Of a stretch of DNA of 32,000 bases, positions 9,124-17,035 are shown in pieces (position 1 is the stretch's first letter; every line of letters starts with the position of its first letter). Source of the DNA: Methanothermobacter thermautotrophicus str. Delta H (GTDB taxonomy: Archaea > Methanobacteriota > Methanobacteria > Methanobacteriales > Methanothermobacteraceae); assembly GCF_000008645.1 (NCBI RefSeq), contig NC_000916.1:690001-722000 (forward strand). The letters run 5' to 3'. A program made the translations under genes and the position numbers. The notes below the pieces were generated by a model. The model was given only the letters and a program-made list of their open reading frames with translations. It did no database searches and was not told the DNA's origin.

Positions 9124-10011
9124 TCAGTTAATCCTTCTTGCAAGGGTTACAGTGCCAAGGAACCTTGTTGTGGGTATTCTGGGAATTGAGGATGCTGAAA
9201 TGTATTTTCCAAGGAACAGTATGTTATCAGGTCTTCCCCTGTATCTTCCTATGAGCCTTCCTCCATCGAAGGTTACATGGACCTTCACAGATGTTGAGTT
9301 TTTCTCTGAACGTGTCTCATAGAGCAGTATGTTTCTCCTGTTAATACCCCACCTGTCTGTTCCTGCCGCATAAACAGCGGCCTTCAGTGGGTCCCTGCTC
9401 CACCTGGAATAGTAGCCCCTCCGGTAGTATGAAGGGCTGTTCGGGACACTCAGGTATTCACCACTTTTCAACCTGAAGACTGAGAGCCTTGAATATCCCC
9501 TCCGGTAAATTGAAACTCCTGCCTGTCCACCTGGACCTCTTATAACAAAGTGACCGAGTCCCAGTCTTCTCACAAGGCTGTGGGCCCTCTTCATATCATA
9601 GGAGGTCACATTACCCCTTCTGATAATGTCACCACCAATGGACTCAAGTGCCCGGTTTATCCATACAATATCGGGCCCCCCGGCACCCATCATCCAGCCG
9701 CCCTCTGAGATTACTGTGTGGAAGAAGTAACCGTTGGTTGTCTTGTATTCCTTGAGGGTCTCCCTGCCATTCCATACCGTCCTCTGGATTTTGAGGGTCG
9801 CTGCGTAGGTCGAATCCCTCCGGTAGGCGAAGACCGCGCATGTATCATTTACGTTGACGATGACTGAACAGCAATTAGAGGTGGCTTTAATATGGGAGTG
9901 GTTACCTTTGGACCCCCATCTACTCCATGTATCATTTTCAGTGGCTGCTGAAGCCGTTCCAAGGGAGATTGCAAGGAAAATCAGAAAAGCAACCCCCCAG
10001 TATTTATTCAT
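9124..10011 (-). CDS. Secreted basic protein of unknown function (signal peptide; possible Cys-Ntn-hydrolase-like pattern)
   Basis: 295 aa. The N-terminus MNKYWGVAFLIFLAISLGTASA is a classic signal peptide. The mature part is Arg/Tyr/Gly-rich with a repeated YRRGY motif. The segment SNCCSVIVNVNDTCAVFAYRRD resembles the Cys-nucleophile strand of the choloylglycine hydrolase / peptidase C45 families, but this is a weak by-eye call. Confidence 0.6.
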   Translation of the reverse strand: MNKYWGVAFLIFLAISLGTASAATENDTWSRWGSKGNHSHIKATSNCCSVIVNVNDTCAVFAYRRDSTYAATLKIQRTVWNGRETLKEYKTTNGYFFHTVISEGGWMMGAGGPDIVWINRALESIGGDIIRRGNVTSYDMKRAHSLVRRLGLGHFVIRGPGGQAGVSIYRRGYSRLSVFRLKSGEYLSVPNSPSYYRRGYYSRWSRDPLKAAVYAAGTDRWGINRRNILLYETRSEKNSTSVKVHVTFDGGRLIGRYRGRPDNILFLGKYISASSIPRIPTTRFLGTVTLARRIN

Positions 10012-10235
10012 ATTACACCCCCCAAGAAATCTCTAATATTTAATTGTATTTTGATGCATATATAACCGGGTGTGTGCCGGAGGAATGGAAAAACCAACCC
10101 CTGAAAATCCTTAAGATAATTTATTTGCCTGTGGACTCGTTGATGCAGCCCACACCCACGGACTCGCTGGTGGCGGTTAATTATTTATTTGATACCATGA
10201 TAACATTCAAACATCACATTTACTGGAGGATCACC

Positions 10236-11885
10236 ATGCCTGTTATAACGTTCGATTACGATGACCTGAAGGAACTGGGCATTGATATTGATAGGGAGAA
10301 GCTCCTTGACGTTCTGCCGATGATGGGAAGTGATATAGAGGACTTTGATGACGAAAGCATTAAGGTGGAGTTTTTTCCCAACCGTCCTGACCTGCTCTCG
10401 GTTGAGGGTGTTGCAAGGAGCCTCCGCGGATTCCTTGGAATTGAAAAGGGTATGCCATCCTATGATGTCCATGACTCCGGGGTGGAGGTCACAGTAGATG
10501 AGTCTGTACTTGATGTGAGGCCATACCTTGGAATGGCCGTCATAGAGGACGTTCAGTTCACCGATAAAAAACTTAAACAGGTCATGGAGTTCCAGGAGGA
10601 CCTGCACTGGGTCATAGGCAGGGACCGCAGGAAGGTGGCCATAGGTATCCATGACCTTGACCGTGTCGAGCCACCCTTCCTCTACAGTGGCGTTGAACCG
10701 GAGGGAGTCACATTCACACCCCTTGACAGTGTATGTGAAATGACACCCCATGAAATACTCGAGGAGCACCCCAAGGGTGTCAGTTACGCCCACCTCCTCC
10801 GGGACCATGACCGTTACCCCCTGATAACAGATAAGAATGGGGACGTTCTCTCCATGCCCCCCATAATAAATGGGGAGCTCACCAAGTTAACCGTGAACAC
10901 CCGCAGAATACTTGTGGATGTCACAGGAACCGATGATAGGGCTGTCAGACAGACCCTGAATATCATATGCACATCCTTTGCAGAGGCGGGTGGAAGGATA
11001 GGCTCGGTGAGGGTTAAGCGTCCTGATGGAGAGCTGCATCTACCAGACCTCACACCACGTGAGATGAGGGTATCTGTCTCAGAAGCCTCACGGATAACCG
11101 GACTTGAACTCAGTGCAGATGAGGTCATGGATCTCCTCATGAAGGCCCGGATGGACGCCCGGAGGACCTCAGATGATGAGGTGGTTGCGGTTATACCCGC
11201 CTACCGGGTGGATATACTCCACGAGGTTGACCTTGTTGAGAACATAGCTGTGCAGCACTGCATAGGGAGGATTGAACCCGAACTTCCTGATATAGCGACC
11301 ATTGCAGAGGAGGACACCTGGAGCAGGGCAGACGCGTCTATAAGGGAGGTCATGGTGGGCCTCGGATTCCAGGAGGTTATGAGCCTCATGTTAACCAGTG
11401 AGGAGAGCCACTACAGGAGGATGAGGCTTGAGGAGGATGAAAGGGTTGAGGTTGCCCAGCCCATTTCCCAAGACAGGACCATGATCCGCAAGAGTCTGCT
11501 CAACGGCCTCCTTGAGTTCTTCGAGGACAACAAGCACGAGGATCTTCCACAGAAGATATTCGAGGTCGGGGATGTGGTGTACATTAACCCTGAATCTGAG
11601 ACCCGTAGCAGGGTCGTTACGAAGCTTGCATGCGCAGTCACGCACTCCAGTGCAGGTTTCACCGAGATAAAGTCCCTTGCAGCGGCTGTGGTTGAGAACC
11701 TCGGTTACGAGTTCAGGATAGAGCCCCTTGAACACCCATCCTTCATAGAGGGAAGATGTGCAGCCATAGAATCTGAGGGCAAATCCTCAGCCATAGGTGG
11801 ATTCTTCGGTGAGGTCCATCCTGAGGTTGTAACAAACTTCAACCTGGAATATCCTGTTATTGCACTTGAAATCGAATTTAAGTAG
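10236..11885 (+). CDS. pheT: Phenylalanyl-tRNA synthetase beta subunit (archaeal type)
   Basis: [36 protein letters not shown] is the canonical archaeal PheT N-terminus, followed by B3/4 and B5-like regions. GGAGGA lies 6 nt upstream of the ATG at 10236. The track ORF start at 10044 adds 64 codons of AT-rich leader-like sequence. Confidence 0.9.
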
Positions 11886-11906
11886 AAATAAATGGAATAT
11901 GAACTT

Positions 11907-12320
11907 TCAGGGCTTTCCAGCCACTGATACCCTTATCCTTCTGTTTCTGGGTCCGTCGAGTTCTGCGAAGAAGATGCTCTGCCAGGTCCCAAGGTCCATT
12001 GATCCGTTGATAACCGGAACCGTCTGGCTTCCCCCGAGGAGCACGGCCCTCAGATGGGAGTCGGCATTGTTGTCAATGGCGTTGTGTCCATAGGATGCAT
12101 CCACCGGTACGGTGCCCTCAAGCATGGATTCAATGTCGCTGAGGAGTCTGCTTTCATTTTCATTTATGAATATCGCTGATGTTGAATGCCTTGAGAAGAC
12201 ATTCAGTATGCCGTTCCTTATCCCTGAGGACTCAAGAACACCCGAGACCATGGAGGTTATGTCAATGAGCTCAACCCTTCGGGATGTCCTCAGGGGGAGT
12301 TCCTGTGTATAGACTTCCAT
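11907..12320 (-). CDS. YjbQ/UPF0047 family protein (secondary thiamine-phosphate synthase-like)
   Basis: The sequence MEVYTQELPLRTSRRVELIDITS...HSTSAIFINENE...NADSHLRAVLLG...G.WQSIFFAELDGPR matches the YjbQ family pattern. The ATG at 12320 has GGTG upstream. The track start at 12338 adds 6 codons. Confidence 0.8.
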   Translation of the reverse strand: MEVYTQELPLRTSRRVELIDITSMVSGVLESSGIRNGILNVFSRHSTSAIFINENESRLLSDIESMLEGTVPVDASYGHNAIDNNADSHLRAVLLGGSQTVPVINGSMDLGTWQSIFFAELDGPRNRRIRVSVAGKP

Positions 12321-12469
12321 AAAAACACCACATTTCATTTATGTCCCTCATTTTAATAAAAGCTTCACCCGGGAAAGTGTGGAGTGAAGGGGATAGTGCG
12401 GGATTCTGATGGGACTGGAGCTGGATAATTGATGGATCAGTCTGAAGCGAATACTAGCCGCATTGCTGG

Positions 12470-13597
12470 CTACTTCAGCACCCCTGAAAATAGGCCTGTG
12501 AACCTGTAAAGGAGACTCCTGTCCTGATAGAATGCTGCGTGTGGACATACCTCCATGCAGCAGAGACAGTTGATGCAGCGGGAATAATCGAACTCCGGTA
12601 TGACTGCACCCGCCTTCAGAGCCTCAACCGGGCAGCTCTCAACACAGACATTGCAGTTCCTGCACCTCTCAGGGTCTATGGCAGGTCTCGACCACCAGAG
12701 CTTCCTGATGGCGCGTGCAAGGCCCGATGGTAGGAGGTCAAGGGTGTAATAGATGTTTGATGGCCACCTGAAGTCATCCACCCTTTCAGGTTCATACCCT
12801 GCAATTTCAAGTTCGGCAGGATCCGGGGCGAGTCCCTCTCTCCTGGCGGCCTCATTAACAGGGACCCTGAAGGGGTCCATGCCCAGTAGCCAGGGGATGT
12901 ATACGTCAAGTGCAATGGCATCCTCTGATGCCAGGATGATTCCAAGGTCCCTGGGGTCTCCCCCCGATGGACCGTTTCCCTCCATCCCGACAACCCCATC
13001 AACCAGGGTGAGGGCTGGTTCTGTAAGGAGGTAAATTTCAAGGAGCCTCCTTGCGAACTCGGATGGTCTGGGGTGCTCCCTGTGATAATCCGCCTTCCCG
13101 AATCCAGGCACTGCACCGTACATGTTCTTAACGGCACATGTGAATATGGTCATGCTGTGGGTTTTCAGCTTGGGGAGGTTGACGACAAGGTCACTGTCCA
13201 CCACCGGCCTTGAAATGGGATATCCTGAACCCATAATGTATGATCCAGAGGCCTCAAAATTCACTGGTTCAATATCCAGTCTCCTGCACACATCAAGTAT
13301 GCCTGTGGCCCTCCAGAATCTTTCTATATTCCTGAATGAACCACCGGGGCTGTCACCTATGGATACCTCAGCCCCAAGGTCCAGAAATACCTCTGCCACA
13401 GCCTCGATGACTGATGGGTGGGTTGTGACGTGCCTCTCCGGTGATGCTGCCATGAGCATGTTCGGTTTAAGGAGAACCCTGTCCCCACTGGATGCGAACC
13501 TCCTGGCTCCTCCCAGAAGTTCAATACACTCAGTGACCGACTCCCTTACCTCCTCAGGGTCATAGGAATGGCACTCTGATACCGCTATCCCCTTCAT
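12470..13597 (-). CDS. DUF362-domain protein with a C-terminal 2x[4Fe-4S] ferredoxin domain
   Basis: 375 aa. The DUF362-type N-terminal pattern is present (DRVLLKPNMLMAASPERHVTTHPSVIEAV...IGDSPG). Two ferredoxin Cys motifs are present: CRNCNVCVESCP and CINCLCCMEVCP. Confidence 0.8.
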   Translation of the reverse strand: MKGIAVSECHSYDPEEVRESVTECIELLGGARRFASSGDRVLLKPNMLMAASPERHVTTHPSVIEAVAEVFLDLGAEVSIGDSPGGSFRNIERFWRATGILDVCRRLDIEPVNFEASGSYIMGSGYPISRPVVDSDLVVNLPKLKTHSMTIFTCAVKNMYGAVPGFGKADYHREHPRPSEFARRLLEIYLLTEPALTLVDGVVGMEGNGPSGGDPRDLGIILASEDAIALDVYIPWLLGMDPFRVPVNEAARREGLAPDPAELEIAGYEPERVDDFRWPSNIYYTLDLLPSGLARAIRKLWWSRPAIDPERCRNCNVCVESCPVEALKAGAVIPEFDYSRCINCLCCMEVCPHAAFYQDRSLLYRFTGLFSGVLK

Positions 13598-13638
13598 CTT
13601 TCAGATGCTCCAGAAAAAATAGAAGTGGTCAGGGATGT

Positions 13639-14601
13639 TTAAAGTCCGAAGGATTTCATGAGGAGCTCTTCATTGACAAATCCTGCCCTGAAGACATCTC
13701 CTGTCCTGAGGTCATTTATAACGACCTCTGCAGGTGCAAACATTCCCTTATCTATCTTGTAGAAGTCGTAGTCGGCCTCCCTGAAGACATCATAGAAGGG
13801 TTTACCATAACCCTCAGATGCAGATGATGGGAGGTTCTCTGCCAGGGATTTTATGTCATCTCCTTCCTCGGATTCTATGTAATAGTAGGTCCTTCCGCCG
13901 AAGAGGACTGCATCATTGGTTTTACCCATGGCCTTAAGACTGTCAGGGTCAACCGGGGCTATTGGTGCTATACCGGCAGCATATTTGACCTTGTTAACAT
14001 CGAAGTGGAGTGCCTCAAGCATCTTGTAGGTACCGTTTTCAACCACACGGCCTGAGATCTGTATTGAACCAACCAGGGATGATGTTGGGGCCACCAGGAC
14101 GTATACGTTCTCTGCTGCCACGTCACACTCCTCTGCAATCATGTCTGTGACATCCTCACCAGGGAGTTTATCTGCCTCAAGGGTGAGTATTGCAACATCT
14201 GCCTCATCCTGGTATCCTATCTCCTCATAGGTCTCTGCAGGTTTCAGGGAGAGGGCCCTTGCAGGTCCGGAACCCAGTGCAAAGAAGTCGCCCACACTGA
14301 CTGACCATCCAGCCTTCTGGGCTCCCAGTGTTGATATGGCAGGGAAGTCTGTCTTTATCTTAACGGATGGAAGTGCGAACCTCTCTGAAAGGTCGCCGGG
14401 TATGGAGATCCCAACATCTGCAAGTCCTCCCAGGCAGACACCTGTGTAGAGTTCACCTGCCTTGATGCTGCCGTCAACGTTAACTCCGCAGTCGATGACT
14501 GTTGAACCATTTTCAAGTTTATCGACCTTTATTTTAAGGTCGTCTGCCTTTTCAATCATTCTGTCAACTATCTTCTTTGCCTCAAGGTTTACACTTACCA
14601 T
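13639..14601 (-). CDS. mch: Methenyltetrahydromethanopterin cyclohydrolase
   Basis: The 320-aa ORF, beginning MVSVNLEAKKIVDRMIEKADDLKIKVDKLENGSTVIDCGVNVDGSIKAGELY, is recognisable as Mch. Its ATG overlaps the thyA stop by 7 nt (AAATGGTAA). Confidence 0.92.
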   Translation of the reverse strand: MVSVNLEAKKIVDRMIEKADDLKIKVDKLENGSTVIDCGVNVDGSIKAGELYTGVCLGGLADVGISIPGDLSERFALPSVKIKTDFPAISTLGAQKAGWSVSVGDFFALGSGPARALSLKPAETYEEIGYQDEADVAILTLEADKLPGEDVTDMIAEECDVAAENVYVLVAPTSSLVGSIQISGRVVENGTYKMLEALHFDVNKVKYAAGIAPIAPVDPDSLKAMGKTNDAVLFGGRTYYYIESEEGDDIKSLAENLPSSASEGYGKPFYDVFREADYDFYKIDKGMFAPAEVVINDLRTGDVFRAGFVNEELLMKSFGL

Positions 14602-15266
14602 TTGATCACCTCTTCTGCTTCTTTGAAGTTAACCTCATATATATGAGCGCTAATTGAGTGGATGGTTATGTGACCCACCTCAACACCCACCTCTGCTGCG
14701 ACGTGATCAGCAAGATAGGCAAGGCCCACAGCATTTGGGAACCATGCCCCGTAGATGTCATGGCTGCGCCAGAGGGCCGTTGTGAAGAGCCTCCCATCCC
14801 TTATCTTGAAGTCAACGAGGATCATGCAGGGGACCTCATCACTCGCAGTGTCTTCAGGAGGATCCCAGGTTACCATGGTGGCCCTTCTTGATTCTGTGCA
14901 GTTTTTAAGTCTCCTTATGGCCTCATCCAGCTGGTCCACTCCGAAGTGTGCCCTCAGGCGGTTTCCGTAGGTGTAGACAAATCCCTTCCTGTCCCCTGAG
15001 AGGAACTGTTCAGAGTACTTCTCAAGTTTTTCACCGCTCCAGAAGTAGCCCTCAGGGACCTTTATGTTGAGCAGCGAACCCCTCCTGATATGGTAAAAGT
15101 CATCTGATTTGCCGAGGGGCTTCTTTATGGTCACAACGGTGTTCATGACCTCCCTTGTAAGGGATCCCCTTTCATCCCTTATCTCCCGCCCATCATGCAT
15201 TATCTTCTCAACGAGTTTCTTCCAGCCATCTGCAATTTCATTGACTTCTATACTGTAGGCCATCAT
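14595..15266 (-). CDS. thyA: Archaeal short thymidylate synthase (ThyA-like)
   Basis: About 223 aa. It has the catalytic-Cys strand DEVPCMILVDFKIRDGRL and the WRSHDIYGAWFPN region. The track start at 15278 is a TTG overlapping the metE stop. The ATGs at 15266/15263 are preceded by GAGGGTG. Confidence 0.8.
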   Translation of the reverse strand: MMAYSIEVNEIADGWKKLVEKIMHDGREIRDERGSLTREVMNTVVTIKKPLGKSDDFYHIRRGSLLNIKVPEGYFWSGEKLEKYSEQFLSGDRKGFVYTYGNRLRAHFGVDQLDEAIRRLKNCTESRRATMVTWDPPEDTASDEVPCMILVDFKIRDGRLFTTALWRSHDIYGAWFPNAVGLAYLADHVAAEVGVEVGHITIHSISAHIYEVNFKEAEEVIKW

Positions 15267-15274
15267 GAACACCC

Positions 15275-16201
15275 TCAATTACCTGCTGCCATCACCATGT
15301 TGCGGAGTTTGCTGAAGGCCGCCTTCCTCGGGAGTTTCCTCATTCCGCAGTCAGGGTCGATGTAGAGGTTCTCCTCTCCAACTATATCAGCACCCCTTTT
15401 AATAAGGTTTCTTATCTCCTCCATGGATTCAACCCTCTCGGTTGTGGTATCCACACATCCAAATCCTACCCCCTTATCACCCCTCCATTTCTCCTCAAGG
15501 ACCTCCAGGTTGGATGGTCTTCCCGCGAATTCAAGGTCCAGGACATCAACCTTAAATCTGAGCAGATCAGAGAGCACATTCCTTATGTCTCCACACACAT
15601 GCAGTGAGACCTCAATGTCCAGGCCGGCTGCAATGTGATCTATGGCCCTCCCTGCTGTTTTCATGTCAACAATTCCCGTTGAGAGGAAGGGTTCATCTAT
15701 CTGTATCATTGCAGCCCCTGCATCCTGGAGGTGCTTTGCCTCTATTTTAAGAACTCCTGCCATGTCCATGACAGCCCGATCCCTCTTCTGGGGGTCGTAG
15801 AACCCCTCTATCCTGGATGCGTAGATCATGGTGGATGGTCCGGTTATTATGCCCTTAACACCCCTTGATTCATCATCTGTGAGGCCCCTTAAAATCCGGT
15901 ATGCATATCTGAGGTCAGCTGCTCCTATGGAACCTGCAGGCGGTGTTATCCTTGAGTATATGATTGATGTGCCGTCCTCGATCTTCATGCCTCCAATTGC
16001 CGCTGCGAAGTGTCCCACCATGTCGCCACGAACCTGTCCATCCGAGATTATATCAACTCCCGCCCTGAACTGGTCCCTCACAGCAGCCTCTATGGCCGGT
16101 CTGTATCTATCGTAGGAGCCAAAAAAATTCAGCAGACGTTCACCCAGTGTCTCAGGACCCCTGGGTTCTGTGGGGTAGCTTCCAACAACTGTTGTGATCA
16201 C
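15275..16201 (-). CDS. metE: Core (single-domain, folate-binding-domain-less) methionine synthase, MetE C-terminal-domain-like (MesA type)
   Basis: The sequence VITTVVGSYPTEP...DIISDGQVRGDMV...HVCGD...IDPDCGMR has the zinc-ligand His/Cys pattern of the cobalamin-independent methionine synthase catalytic domain at about 308 aa. The likely start is the GTG at 16201, preceded by GAGGGTGATGG. The track start at 16231 is a TTG lying inside the upstream gene. Confidence 0.85.
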   Translation of the reverse strand: MITTVVGSYPTEPRGPETLGERLLNFFGSYDRYRPAIEAAVRDQFRAGVDIISDGQVRGDMVGHFAAAIGGMKIEDGTSIIYSRITPPAGSIGAADLRYAYRILRGLTDDESRGVKGIITGPSTMIYASRIEGFYDPQKRDRAVMDMAGVLKIEAKHLQDAGAAMIQIDEPFLSTGIVDMKTAGRAIDHIAAGLDIEVSLHVCGDIRNVLSDLLRFKVDVLDLEFAGRPSNLEVLEEKWRGDKGVGFGCVDTTTERVESMEEIRNLIKRGADIVGEENLYIDPDCGMRKLPRKAAFSKLRNMVMAAGN

Positions 16202-16211
16202 ACCATCACCC

Positions 16212-16517
16212 TCAGGGTTCTGCCACCTCAAGGATCCTCTCTATCTCCTCTGGATCAACCGGGAGCTCAACCACGGCTGTACCGTAGCATGGCTTGGTGT
16301 ATGGTATCATGACGGTTGATCTTTCCTCATCTATACCGATGGGTACGGGTGGTATGCCGATTATCCTTGCGCCGAGGATCTTCTCACCGGGCTTTATGTG
16401 GACGACCCTCCGTGCCTTCTTTTCTATCATTGCTGCACATTCCCTGAAACCGGCCCTCTTCATGTGGATCTCATATTCCCCTGACTGCTGCAGATAGGTC
16501 TCCAGGCAGAACGTCAT
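16212..16517 (-). CDS. Methanogen-conserved hypothetical protein (DUF1894-like, family name from memory)
   Basis: 101-aa ORF. Its ATG overlaps the stop of the upstream gene (ATGA at 16514-16517). Its own stop lies 10 nt before the metE GTG. No catalytic motif was recognised. Confidence 0.65.
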   Translation of the reverse strand: MTFCLETYLQQSGEYEIHMKRAGFRECAAMIEKKARRVVHIKPGEKILGARIIGIPPVPIGIDEERSTVMIPYTKPCYGTAVVELPVDPEEIERILEVAEP

Positions 16518-16987
16518 GGTTTCTCCTCCATGAACCTGTCTATCCTCACCCGCAGGGGTGCAGGGTTGTGGTGTGCCCTTGCAGCAATGATCTCCGCGTC
16601 AAGGGTCTCCATTATTTCATTAACGAGTTCTTCAAGGACATCTGCGTCCCTATCAAAGATTATTGCCAGGGTCTCTGTATTCAGTATCCCTGCAAAGGTC
16701 ACAAGGTATGCTGCTGCAGCATCGTTGGGTACAAAGCCTGCGAGGAATTCGTAGTCACCCTCAGCTAATTCGTTGATGCATGATTCAAGGTCCACCATTT
16801 CATCCGTGTAGATACCCTCAGGGTCAGCAACCTGGACAAGCCTGAGTGCGGCTGGATTGGCTGTTACAGTAACCCTGAAACCCTTCTTTTTGAGTTTATG
16901 TGATGTGTATATTGCCAGGGGGATCTGAACCGGTGATTCCGGGCATCCCAGTACCATTAAAGCCTTCCCTGTTGATTCCGTTTTCAT
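16514..16987 (-). CDS. Methanogen-conserved hypothetical protein with a Rossmann-like alpha/beta pattern (DUF1890-like, family name from memory)
   Basis: 157 aa. KALMVLGCPESPVQIPLAIYTSHKLKKKGFRVTVTANPAALRLV shows a beta-loop-alpha-beta alternation. The gene is translationally coupled to the next gene. Confidence 0.65.
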   Translation of the reverse strand: MKTESTGKALMVLGCPESPVQIPLAIYTSHKLKKKGFRVTVTANPAALRLVQVADPEGIYTDEMVDLESCINELAEGDYEFLAGFVPNDAAAAYLVTFAGILNTETLAIIFDRDADVLEELVNEIMETLDAEIIAARAHHNPAPLRVRIDRFMEEKP

Positions 16988-17035
16988 GATTATCTCCCCA
17001 TTATGGGTTCTTGATCATTCACCAGCTGGGACCGC

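Noticed and set aside
10044-10235. 64-codon N-terminal extension of the pheT ORF
   Set aside because: The extension is AT-rich, contains the likely TATA box, and has no PheT-like sequence. The canonical [11 protein letters not shown] start at 10236 has a GGAGGA SD.
10185-10808. 207-aa ORF on the minus strand
   Set aside because: It is antisense to pheT and has no SD, promoter or recognisable motif. It is a shadow ORF.
12676-13137. 153-aa minus-strand ORF in an alternative frame inside the DUF362 gene (similar alternative-frame or antisense ORFs lie at 4690-5135, 22692-23198 and 25134-25604)
   Set aside because: All are nested in or opposite confidently assigned genes. They lack start-site signals and have Pro/Ser/Arg/Gly-rich low-complexity translations.
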